Shown: piece by piece, positions 17,601 to 28,100 of the stretch
How positions within the stretch are numbered: the first letter of the stretch is position 1
How the letters are laid out: each line of letters starts with the position of its first letter
DNA from: Klebsormidium nitens
Taxonomy: Eukaryota > Plantae > Klebsormidiophyceae
Reading direction: 5' to 3'
DNA length: 32,770 nt
Assembly (NCBI GenBank): GCA_000708835.1
Contig: DF237736.1
Location: 1-32,770 of the forward strand
Made by a program: the position numbers and the translations under genes
The notes under the pieces: model-generated
Told to the model about the DNA's origin: nothing
What the model saw: only the letters and a program-made list of their open reading frames with translations
Databases searched by the model: none

Positions 17601-19819
17601 TGAGTGGGTCCTGGTTGATGCCACAAATTGACGGGAGGTACTTGGCCACCACCGGTTCTACCCCTGCCACCAGCTCCTCCGGCTGGGGGATGATGTGCCG
17701 GCAACGTGCGCGCCAGTAGCTCTGAGGTTTCGCATCGACCTCTGCCCGGGTAAGCTTGCGTCTTCCTGCCCCCCCGCAAGAAGGAAAGCTCGCAGCGCCT
17801 GCTTGTCTCGTTGATGGAGCTTGAACATCGCTGCCGCATAGTCTCGGCAAAAGTCGGCTGCAAAGCAAAACAAAGTCGGTCACCGAAAAATCCCTAAGAT
17901 AAGCTTCAATAGATCTCGGCGCAACAACAAAGTTGGATTGCCCTTTGGAACTGCAGCCATGGTGCGCTAAAACCTCTGACGCGGCACTCGGTATTTACAA
18001 ACAATCTGTCAAGAGTCACATCTCGTCCTACTGTTTGCAGACATGACGCAAGTCGCAAAGGAAGACTCCAGCCCAGTTCTTACAGACCTGTAACAAAGCA
18101 GTTTCGCAAGGTAAAATCCTCACCTTTGCTCGTGTGCGCGTCAGGAATGAGTTCGAAGATGCGACGCAGAACGTGAGTGGCATCCTCCAAGACCTTGGAC
18201 AAGCTAGGAATGGCCTTGAGCAGCTGATTGGCCACACAGCGTGAGTTGTCCACCCACATGAACTCCGGCGGCTGACCAGAAAAGAAATGTCAAGATGTCA
18301 GGATGTCAGGAAACATCAGAATGTATCAGGTGCAGGTCTCGAGAAAACGTGCACGGCCATTAGTATGCAAATTGCGCACATAGTCTGAGATATGAGAGCT
18401 AAGAAAACGAGTGCGCATGTGCGATGTTACAAGCTAGAGTCACAATTCACCAAAAGCAGTCAAGATTCCAGCGGCCATACAACGATGCAATGTATACAGA
18501 GAAACACAGGGATATGATGAAGCCTTACCTGGAAACCGAGCTCGTCGTAGCGCTTCAGAACATCTGAGAGGCCACATGCGTACTGGTCGAACGACGTGTC
18601 ACCCACAGCCCACTGTCCAACGATCTGTGACCACTCATTCATTATGGAGTAAACAGCGGCAAAGTCCTTCCGTCCATCAGCAGAGCGGATACGGGAGGCC
18701 GCCTGAAAGGTGTGATCGCCCCGCCAGTAGATGCCATCCACCGCAGCAAGGTGGCGACTAATGAACTCCATACGTGAGTTCAGAGAAGCTAGAATGACGC
18801 CTGCATGACACATGGAAGGACCGAGCTATGTCAAATGAGTGTAGCTTTGATGCTCTGAGGCAAGGCCGGAAACAATGATCACATTGTACAATCATGCAGT
18901 TGTACAAGCTTCTCTGAATGGTTTGAGTTATCTGAACCAAACAACCACAGCACTGTAGTTTAAATGGCAAGCCTACTGCAATATGCTTATTGCCTGATCA
19001 ATATGATAGCTCTTTATGCTCTTCAAGCTGCAAGAACTTCGGCCCTGATGGCCTGGCAATGTTGCAAATCTGCTGCCACCAAGAAGGTAACGTGCAGAAA
19101 CAATTGATCATCAACAGATTAGGCAATTTTGAAGTCTTCAACGTTGACAACCCCAGCGTTCAAAGTGATCCAACGCATTCACAGATCTGCTGCGCAAGAT
19201 GCAAACCCTGTGCAGCATGCCTACAGTGGAGCAACCATCCTGATAAGGTTGCCATTTGTGTGTTAACAAGAGAATGGAAAGTTACCTGGGCAACCCTCTC
19301 CCGGCTTCTTGCCCTCTCCACACCTGAAGACCTTGCTGTAGAGAAAAGCAGGCGCGTTCGCACTGCAAACTCTCCTCATCTTCTCATGGGTCCAGCTGTC
19401 AGAACAGACTTTATCAATCTTCCCACACTTGGGGCAGTAGATGAAGGGGACCAGCTCCCCAAAGAAAAATTGCCAATGAACGAAGTACACTACTTTGCCA
19501 GCCAGATCATTGGAAGTGATTTGGGTGCAAACTATCTTGGCCCCTGCTAGCCTGCACAGCATTTGGATACTCTCGCTTCATGCTGGGCCACTACCTAGGG
19601 TCAGGAGCCTGATCTTTTGAGGGGCCCTTTCTTTGGATCTATTTTAGGGATCACCCAAGGGGGGAGTGATTTCTTGTCCTTCCAGTCTGGAGGTGGTGCC
19701 ACCTGGCTGTGACACCATTTTACTAGATCCCCTGCACAGACTTCATCCTCTTTTCTTGGATCATAACTTGCAGTGCTGACGGAGGCTCCTGCAGCAGCTC
19801 CACCCGGGCCAGACGCCAT
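14648..19819 (-). pseudogene. Degraded multi-exon DUF6729-type (Mutator-like) DDE transposase
   Basis: DUF6729-like FVHWQFFFGELVPFIYCPKCG...RRVC...YSKVFRC (~19300-19500). Core exons 18800-18529 (WRGDHTF...VYSIMNEWSQI), 18271-18124 (WVDN...LEDATHVLRR), 17857-17535 (YWRARCRHIIPQPEEL..GCLS), 17175-16696 (DP...RGCSSLEGYHRHLN...FNYR*N), and C-terminal RPVSTPAEVRLF...WANMCQEWN (14648-15355). Lesions: exon 17535-17857 is 1 nt short at a G7 run, in-frame TAG at 16993-16991 where W is expected, in-frame TGA at 16145-16143, and further breaks near 19600 and 18900-19200. Confidence 0.75.
16190..16333 (-). repeat. In-frame 72-bp tandem duplication encoding a Pro/Ala/Gln-rich linker
   Basis: gc(g/a)ctggttgcgaggggagggctgcc...gcgctggctgcagcgctggttgcgg starts at 16190 and 16262. 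It translates PQPALQPA....ALPSQP twice. Confidence 0.85.
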
Positions 19820-20152
19820 GGTGCGGTTGGTACCTGTCAGAGCAGGTGCCAAGCCCTCTAGCTCAGTATTCGAAAGCTTGCCTTGAACTTCTGAGCAAAG
19901 CCTCTTCAAAAGAGAGACGAGTCCCAACTTCAAGACTCTTGAGGTAGCATGCAATACCGTTTGTTGCTCGCCGACTGAGCGGAACGGAACGGACGCAGCA
20001 GCCAATTCGGAGCCTGCTGGTCGCCTTTGCTGTAACCCCCAGCTTCAAGCCGCCTTCTGCAACTGTCAACCCCCCCAGAATGCTGTGTTGGCCGTGGATT
20101 TTGAACCGCTGGATCGTCTGCCAGCTGCAGAGATTCAACGGCAGATTCTTGG

Positions 20153-20264
20153 TCGTTAGTCCGACTTTACGCCGTTCAATCTGACCTCTCGTGCGTCGTT
20201 AGTCCGAGTTGCTGCCTCCAGGATGCACGTTAGTCGGACTTCGAATCTAAAGTCGGACTAACGA
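20153..20264. repeat. 112-bp module bounded by a perfect 17-bp inverted repeat, with two internal copies of the core word
   Basis: tcgttagtccgacttta (20153-20169) / taaagtcggactaacga (20248-20264). Internal cgttagtccga (20197-20207) and cgttagtcggact (20228-20240). Confidence 0.85.
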
Positions 20265-20321
20265 GGCACCAGAACGCAGGATTTGACCCCGGACTGCGGC
20301 CGCTCGCCCGTTCGGGGGGCA

Positions 20322-20426
20322 GCAAACCCCAACTAACCAACTGATTGTTGGCATAAAAGCCGCCAATCTCCGCGCGCCACGTGTCCCCCCGGCCGAGAAA
20401 GCAGGCCTCCTGCCCGAACCGGCCAA
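20322..20426. repeat. 105-bp direct repeat, copy 2, enclosed by a perfect 14-bp inverted repeat
   Basis: Identical to 13885-13989. Flanked by gttcggggggcagc (20310-20323) and gctgccccccgaac (20427-20440). G-box at 20376-20385. Confidence 0.95.
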
Positions 20427-20651
20427 GCTGCCCCCCGAACTGGCCTGGGTTAGAGACTTTCCGGGTTACCTTAGGACTAGAGGGGAAAGAAACCAGCCCC
20501 AGCGCCACTTGGTTCACTTCAGAGTTTCAAGCAGGAAGGACGTCTTTATATCACAGATTCACACTGGCTGCGCCTGCTTGTAAGAAGCAAATGCTCATAC
20601 TGATACAATGCTATTCCACAACACCATTGCTCATAACATCTCGAAGGTACC

Positions 20652-23191
20652 ATGGCAAAATGTCCATTTGCCTTCACGCCCGGTTCTGAAGCGACTGCTG
20701 CTGCCAATATGAAGGATATCGCAGCTACGAAGTGCCCCTACTTGGTTGAGAACAGGGACAAAATTGTGCATGTAGAAAAGAAGAGTGATGCTGAAGAGAA
20801 GCCAGGTTTTTGCCCCTATGGCTTTGGGGGTGCACCTCAGTGGACGGAGGGGTCTGTCCATATGGCTTCGGACGCACGATTAACGTTTCGGACACGGCCG
20901 ACAGTCTGAGCTCACTTAGTGTAGACGGACACAGCCTGGTTGAAGAGGAGGCCAGGGTTGAGGGCCGGAGTTCTGAGCCAAGGTGTCCGATGGGTTATGA
21001 TTCGGACACCGTCAAAGTCAGGCGCCTGACGTGCCTCGGCTGCAAAACGCTGCTTTTCAACACCGTGCGCATCCTGCCGTGTCGACACCTCTTCTGCAAC
21101 AGCTGTGCCGTCCGGTTGGACGCCTGCGGATTGTGCGGTGGGGAGAAGCAGTCCTTGGAGCAGGACGATGAGACGAGAATGCTGGACCGCAACGTGAGCT
21201 ACTTTATCGAAAAGTATGCTCGACGGAGAAAGAAGGACGCTCAGGGCACCCCCGCGGAAGCACAGGAGGCTAGCGGCCAATCAGAAGGGGGCACCAGTAG
21301 CAGCACCCAGGATCTGTCCCTGGAGCAAGGAGGTCTTCTTTTGCAGCTGGCGATGAGAGTACGTTTCATGACTGAGCACAACTTCCCCAGTAAATATGAT
21401 ACATCTTCTCATTGCCTGCGCCGCTGCTCCTGAGTGAGGGGTCCTGTTGGGGACTGGAAACTGTCAGCTTCTTGAACTTCCGGTCCTATCATCCATGATT
21501 GGGTCCTTGGTGCCAATTTATAGCTGCTGTTCATTCTGTCTGGTCAAAATTCCTAATCGTTGACAAAACTGGTCCTTCCCCCCTGGAATAAGTTGCGTGC
21601 TCACTGTTTAATAGTCAGGCTGAATGACACGGTGGCGTTGCTTGAAGTTGGTTGTAACGTTGGTGCTACATGTGCTCAGCCCCCCAGCAACAGGCGTCTG
21701 ACGTCATCAGCTGGCAGCCTTGGTCGACACAGAGCGCAATGCTTATTAGCGCAGGTACTGAAATTCGTCTGTCTCTGCAGGCTTATAATGGTCGAAATAA
21801 TGAGAGCTCCATCCACTTGCTCAAGCTCTGCGAAGAGGACTTGAGGAGCGCTTTGGCTGAAAGAAGGACCTCAGCCAAAAGTACTCTGTCAGCTTGGTGC
21901 CATAGCAGGCGCACGAGGGGATGTGTATCGGAGCTCGCGAACATGGTTGGAGCTGGTCCAGGAAAAAAATGCAGAGGTCAGTTCCCGAAGTTTGCTCGAA
22001 AGAGCGAAGCTCCCTTATCCTTCCAGAGGACAAGAGGGCCTGGCAAGCCTGAGCATCATTGTTGCCCCTCATGTTTACTTATGCAACTGTTCGTTTGTCT
22101 GTAAGGACAGGTTACTCAAGTGCAACTCCTTCCTGGATTGGCTTTTCAATAGTTAGTGGTTTCCATAGAATTCTTACATTTGATCCGTTGGCCTTCTCGT
22201 CTCTCAGATTGTCCATGATCTGTCGGTTGCATACAACAAGCTGGGCGACCTGCACTACCTAGCCAAGCGACCAGATGAAGCGCGGGAAGAGTACTTGAGG
22301 GCGCGGACAAAGCTGATTCCACAGCATCGCAGGTAGGCAGCTTTCTGTGTTCCGCTGACTGATGTCAAGATCCGAGCAGGACTTGGAAAGCTGTGCTTTG
22401 AAGATGGCAACAGTCTTGGCAGTACAGCAATGATGATTCTAGTTCAGACTTGGATGCGGATGATCCACAACATCAACCGTTCCAGTGTCCCCAGTTTGTC
22501 ACGTGCATTCTTACTTACCAGTGTCTCAGCGGTTCTCGTCCCTCCCTCTTTCCATGCAATGGTGTTAAGTCTCTCGGGAACGCAGGTTGTCTTTGTTGCA
22601 AGTACGCTACTGCTCTACGTTCCCCGTACATTAGGTCATCACCTCTACTCTCAATATCTCCTTCAGGTCCTCGATCTGGTCGTGTCTTACACGAAAGTTG
22701 CTGACCTGGACCGCGCTTCAAAGAAGGACAGAGCAGCAGGGGCGCACTTCCACGAGGCTGCAAAGGTGGCTGCACAGCTGGGGCAGAGACGGGAGGAGTA
22801 CAGTGGGGCCCTCGAGCAGAAGGTAGGCATTTATAGAATGAACACTCTCAGTCCATTCGTTCCACTGAACGAGAGACCGTCAAAAAAGCCCCTCGTGCTT
22901 CTGACGTTGATTATGTTCGTGGACTGGAGCTCTTGCTTATGATGTTATACAAGGGCCCTTGCGATATTGTTGAAGCTTCAATGTTTTCGTCTGCTCAGGT
23001 TTCTGGGTGCAAACTAGTCGACTTTTCACCATCTTTGGCTTCTCGTCTGTAAATCACTGCTGAAGTGGACCTAGTTTATTTTGCAGCGACTGGCCTTGCT
23101 TGCCTTCATTGGAGCACAATTGCAAGGACTCAGGAAAGAATGCCCATTGGGACAAGACGAAGCGTACATTCGTAGAGTTGGCCCGCACTAG
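20652..23191 (+). pseudogene. NCA1: NCA1-like (NO CATALASE ACTIVITY 1) RING-finger + TPR catalase chaperone; frameshifted, so either a pseudogene or assembly errors
   Basis: Exons 20652-21358, 21781-21976, 22208-22332, 22667-22822, 23087-23191 (GT-AG). It matches plant NCA1 as I recall it along its length: repeated N-terminal CP(F/Y) motifs, CPMGYDS, C3HC4 RING CLGC..PCRHLFCNSC..CGLC, DLSLEQGGLLLQLAMR, LCQLGAIAG..GD, IVHDLSVAYNKLGDLHY, VLDLVVSYTKVADLDR, ALEQKRL. Exons 1-3 (707, 196, 125 nt) each break frame although each junction needs phase 0. Confidence 0.8.
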
Positions 23192-23284
23192 ATACCTCGT
23201 TCGTTTTCCTTGTAACAATGCTGCTGCGAATGTTCAATGCCCCTTCACGCCCGATCTTAGGTGCCAAAACGTATCAGGCCTAAA

Positions 23285-23324
23285 TTAGTACCCCATCTCT
23301 GGGTCGGGTGAGATGGGGTACTAA
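23285..23324. other. Perfect 15-bp stem hairpin in the NCA1 3' region
   Basis: ttagtaccccatctc - tgggtcgggt - gagatggggtactaa, flanked on both sides by aggcct. Confidence 0.85.
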
Positions 23325-24184
23325 GAAGGCCTGGATGCATGCCCAATTCAGCAAACGAACAAGCAAACGCTACTCTGAAGACAGGACTACACGTTTTGGC
23401 CGGTTTGGAATTCGACTTGAATTTCTGCAGAAGCAATCTTGTACTCCTGTCCCTAGCTCTACTCTAAGATCATATTGCATGCAGCTAACCCCATTTAGGC
23501 AGGCTATAAAGATCTTGCATATAGGAGTGGGTATATGCGCACGCGTTCATCACTACTTGTGTCACGCACATATGTTGCCCTTAAGCCTATTTGCATGACG
23601 GGGGATCGTGGCGGTCAGTATAAAGCTACGTTGCTAAATTGAGCAGAATGCAAAATTCACATGCATATGACCGGCTATAGTCAAAGCCTGCACTTCATAT
23701 GCCCGCAAGCTTTCAATCGACTATTCGATCTCGAACCTTCTTCGAGCCTCACATGCATGAATATACGTTAGCTTGATAAAGAAAAGGTGATGTCAAGAGG
23801 GAGAAACATTGCAAGGATCCTTTCCCCGCTTTTCAGTGGGGCCATTGCTGATTGATTCTGCGTCTGCAGCTTGATTGCTGCCTTGGACACGACGGCACAC
23901 GCTTCGTATTCGAACCGATGCTAAGTACTCTCAGGTGCGTAATGAGGCTCTGCTAGGAACGGTCTCAGAATTGGAGGCATGCTTCCTCGGTCTCTTTACA
24001 GGGCAGTTTACTTTGCACATATGTTTAGCCGATGCACTAGCTAAAGGAAGCCGCTGCTTCCCCAGCCTAGCCTAGTTGCCAAGAGAACGTACGGTACGCT
24101 CAATCGGGTTTCTCTTTTCACGGCTGTACCTAAGGTGTAAGCAGCTGTGCGAAGTTGATCGTTCATCGGCCAACTCCTGGAAGC

Positions 24185-24898
24185 CTATTCCTCGCTTTTC
24201 GGTTGTCCGTCTCTCAAACGTTCACCATAGATGCTCTTTGATTGTCCATCCAGTAGTATTTTTTCCAAGTCAGCAGCTATTGCTGCCCGCCGCTCAGGAG
24301 TCATTAACACGCCTTTGTTCGATAACAACCGAGTCGTCTCAGAAAGGTACGCTTCGAACTCCTCAGAAGTCATCTGCGCAGCATACAAGGGGTATAGTCA
24401 GAAAACCAGAGATGGATGATTAGGGAATAACGAGAAGAGAAGCAGGCTGCCTTGAAAGTTGAAAATAGCAGTCTAGAACCATGTAGAGCAGGTCAAGGTG
24501 TCTAGCTTTCAAGATCAAGTCCGTACAGAGTCGGGAAAGTACAGCTGCTGAGCAACTTACGAAGTACGAGTTCGCAATTTTGTACAGTCATAAAGGGACG
24601 AGGTAACGATACTCGGGATCCGTCACTAGAATAAGAAGCACGTATCCAACCAGATTGAACAGCTTGTCTGCAGCCTGCATCGACCACATTCCCCAAGTCG
24701 TCCTCACAATCTTTCACTCACCTCGGGTTGAGGCTGCTCCAAACTGTCGTCTGCGGCCGTACCAACTTGTTGCCGATTCCCGTTTGCGCCTCGGGCCCTT
24801 GATAAGCGCCTTGCTTTAAGAATCGCCTCGTTCTCTCTGTATAAAAATAAGACGGCCTTATGACACTTGACGGCTTTCTGCTTATTCCAGAATGCTGA
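24185..24898 (-). other. Two additional spliceable exons (24898-24722 and 24373-24185) downstream of the NTPase-REase stop
   Basis: Strong donor GG|GTGAGT at 25145/25144 overlapping the TGA, acceptor ttgcag at 24899, donor GAG|GTGAGT at 24722/24721, and acceptor gcgcag at 24374. Read in phase 0 the two exons give an open 121-aa peptide ending MTSEEFEAYLSETTRLL...KSEE*. Confidence 0.45.
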
Positions 24899-25140
24899 CT
24901 GCAACAGGGTGGAAGTCGGGAGTTGTAGAGCCACGATACACAGGGGCAGCAATATAAGGAAGGCCTTCTTTCAACCCGTACTTTCAACCCGTAAGTGCTG
25001 GGAAGTCAGAGCATAAGACTTGAAAGCCCGAACTCGACAAGGAAGCAGAGTTAAGGGGCAAACTGCTTCCCCACGCTTCTTCAAAGGTTGGAGCCTTGCA
25101 AACGCAGAATGGCAGCCATCAAAGAGCAGCTTCTTTCGAC

Positions 25141-28100
25141 TCACCCTGCTAATGGCCGAATGTCGCCAAAGCAGCCAAGGAACCCTTCCATCGCGTCTCC
25201 ATCGACCACAATCATCGGTGGCTTGCAATTTTTCATCGCTTCCTCTGCTTCTTTCTTCCTATCTAAACGGGATGTTGTGATATAAAAGACTCTGAGGTTC
25301 GGGGCTTTGGGACCTTTCGAGATGTTTGTGTGTTGCTGTAAGACTGTTTTTACTGCATTCTTTCCCCCTGTTCGTTTGCAACTGAAGATGTTAAGCGATA
25401 CCTCGCCGGTCTCTCCCAGCACTCGGGTGACATGTAGGTCAGCCGCTGTGCAGTCCTTCCCGCTTGCATAAGGATCCATTCTAAAGACCAGATTTAAATC
25501 GAGATATGACCTCGACAGCGGCTGGTTTCTTTCGTAGGGTTTGACTTCGACTAACCCGTCTGCGGGCACTTGCCATGTGTAGGCGTTATCGATCAAAGGA
25601 TCCCTCATGTACTGAAAGACTGACAAAAGCCTGACCTCAACCTCCTGCAACAAAAGGCTTCGAGTCAGAGCTGACTTGCTTCCGAGAGCGATGCTTCGCC
25701 ATGAGTGCAGTCACAGGGTCAGGACCAGGCACTACATGAGCAAACAGCTTCACGATGAGGCCCAACCCTTGTCCTCCTACTGACGTCTACTTTCCTTCTT
25801 CTGCGCTCCATCAAAACAGAGTCCAAGCAGCTTCCTGGAAAACCTCGCGTTTTCGGATGGCGGAGCGAATGCATACTCCAGCATCCATGACGTTTAGAGT
25901 TCCAAAGATTCGAGCACCTTTCGACAGATCCAACAGAAACGTGGATTGGGTTAAGAAAAAGAAACCATGACGCTCAGCAGATCGAGTCTCGTCGTGGAGA
26001 CAAGCTCAGCGTACCTCGTTCAAAGTCGATTCTGCAGCAATAGCTGTGGGGTAGAGATCTCTCAGGCGTTTTCGCACGCTCTCCGGAGCCGATGCTGCCC
26101 CTGTGTGCAACCGCTCCAACTCCAGGACGAGCCACGAGAGCACCGCTTCCCTCGCAGACACCATCTCCTCCAGACGCGTTCCGTCAAGCGCTCCACCGCA
26201 GCCTAAGTCCCATAGCAGGCCTAACCCTGGCACGCTGTCAAGCTGCCCCAATCTTTTGAGCTCCCGGATAACTAGCTGCAGCAGGTAATACGGCATGGTG
26301 AGCCGTTGAACCGACTGCTCCTCTAAAACCTGTCGAGTCCCCAGCCTATCTTTCGCCCCTTCCTTCACCTCCTTCACCTTCTTATGGATCAGCAATCGTC
26401 TTTTCGCCTTCGCTGCTTCCGTGAGGTACGGCATGGTCAGCTCCAAAATCTGTTCTAGCTTCCGCTCAGGGTCTCGGCCCACTAGCATTGTGGTCTGCTC
26501 GATCGGGTAGGCTACCAAAACCATGCTAACGAGAACTTTCGCAACCTCCACCCCCCCCCAGCGCTCTATCAGGTCGCTTCCCCTGAACCATATCTCAACC
26601 TCTTCTTCCACATACGGCTCCATGATTGCCGCCAGCTTGGCGTAGATCCCGGGGGCTGCAACCTCTGGTAGCCGCTCCCAAAATGCAGGTCTGACAGCCG
26701 CTCTCGCCACTGCCATAAGATAACGGGGAACGCCCCCAGCTTTCGCAAGAAGGAGGCGCACGGGACCGCTATAAACGAACTCGAAGATCTTGTCGGCTTC
26801 AGAGGGGTGCTTTGAGAGCATCACGCTTTCCACGAAGGCGGCTGGCAGCTCCCCGTCGTCCCGCAGCTCCAAGAGGTCGTGCATCTTGGCGGCGCCGTAC
26901 TCAGTCAGCTCGAAGGAGCGTTGCACCTTGTGCAGGTTGGTCCCCATTGGTATAAACATGAGAGCTGCAATCAGAGAAGCGGCAGGAAGGTTGGTCATCT
27001 TATATTACTAAACGTCCCAATGGAAGCAGCCAGCATCACACAAGGTTTAACACTTCAGAGCTGATAGACAAGATAAACAAAGCACAATCTGCATCACATA
27101 GAAGTAACTGCCAGATAGATGCTCTCTGCAGCGCTTCACAGCGTGCAGAATATTGAGAATGAACCTTGACACCCTAAAAAGGCAGCCCGCTACTCTCAGC
27201 AACCGACCTATCAAAATCAAACGGAAGCCAATGTGGTTCTGTCCAGACTGGCTTAGAGAGCAACGAATACTTAACATCAGATGCTAACGGCTGCATCACT
27301 GGAAGTGCCCATAATCTTTCTCCAGAAAGCGGGGTGGAAGCACATCTTACCATGGAAATCCTTGCCAGAGTACAGGGACTTGTAGTCGCAGACGGCTTTT
27401 AGGATTGTCTTCAGCGCCGTCTGCGGATCAATCTTGCAGAGTCGCTCCAGTTTAGATGCCGCCAGCTGAATCTCGTCCATGACTATGATGCTTGCTAGCA
27501 CGGACTGCTCAGGGAAGCCTCCTTGTTCGCGGACCAGTTTCGCCCGCAGGCGGCACACGTTCTTGATGGTAAATAGCTGCTCCAGCCTCTGCAAGCAGCA
27601 AAAGGAAGTCAGACACATGCCTTCATCAACCAGCTCGCGGAGTCAAAAGCAAACCAGACTATGAGAGCTGCTACGACCTTATTCTGCAACCTTGATTGGA
27701 CTAAAAGTGGAGACAACCTCACTGACAACCCTGCTTAGTGAGGAGCATCTGACACATCACCCCGTCGCAGCAACCTGGATAAACCCTTCCAAGTCTTCCA
27801 GAGAAGACTGCCAAAGCATCAACCAATATCCAACTTATCTTATGAATCCTGCCGTCATCACCTAGGGTCTTTTAGTGAGCTCAACATACTGCGCCGCAAA
27901 AGAATGAGTGCATATTCTCACCTTGGTTGTGATGACTGTCCGCAGTTCTACCGCCGTGAAGTTGAAAAAGAGGGAGGCGTACAGGCGGAGCCCAATCGCC
28001 CGATCTGCTGCCTTGGCATCGAAGCGCCCGTTGGTGCAGTCAGCCAGTGTGAATTCCCCCCCGGTGCCATTGAACTCCATGTAAGCGTAGCTGATACGGC

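Noticed and set aside
18990-19550. 186-aa plus-strand ORF
   Set aside because: It is the antisense shadow of the minus-strand DUF6729 exons.
20270-20320. tRNA/SINE-like B-box (GGTCAAATCC on the minus strand; also ggttcgac near 13233)
   Set aside because: The boxes are imperfect, with no A-box at the proper spacing and no cloverleaf.
20820-20860. Programmed -1 ribosomal frameshift in NCA1 exon 1
   Set aside because: There is no canonical X XXY YYZ slippery heptamer in frame, and two more frameshifts follow, so decay or sequencing error is more parsimonious.
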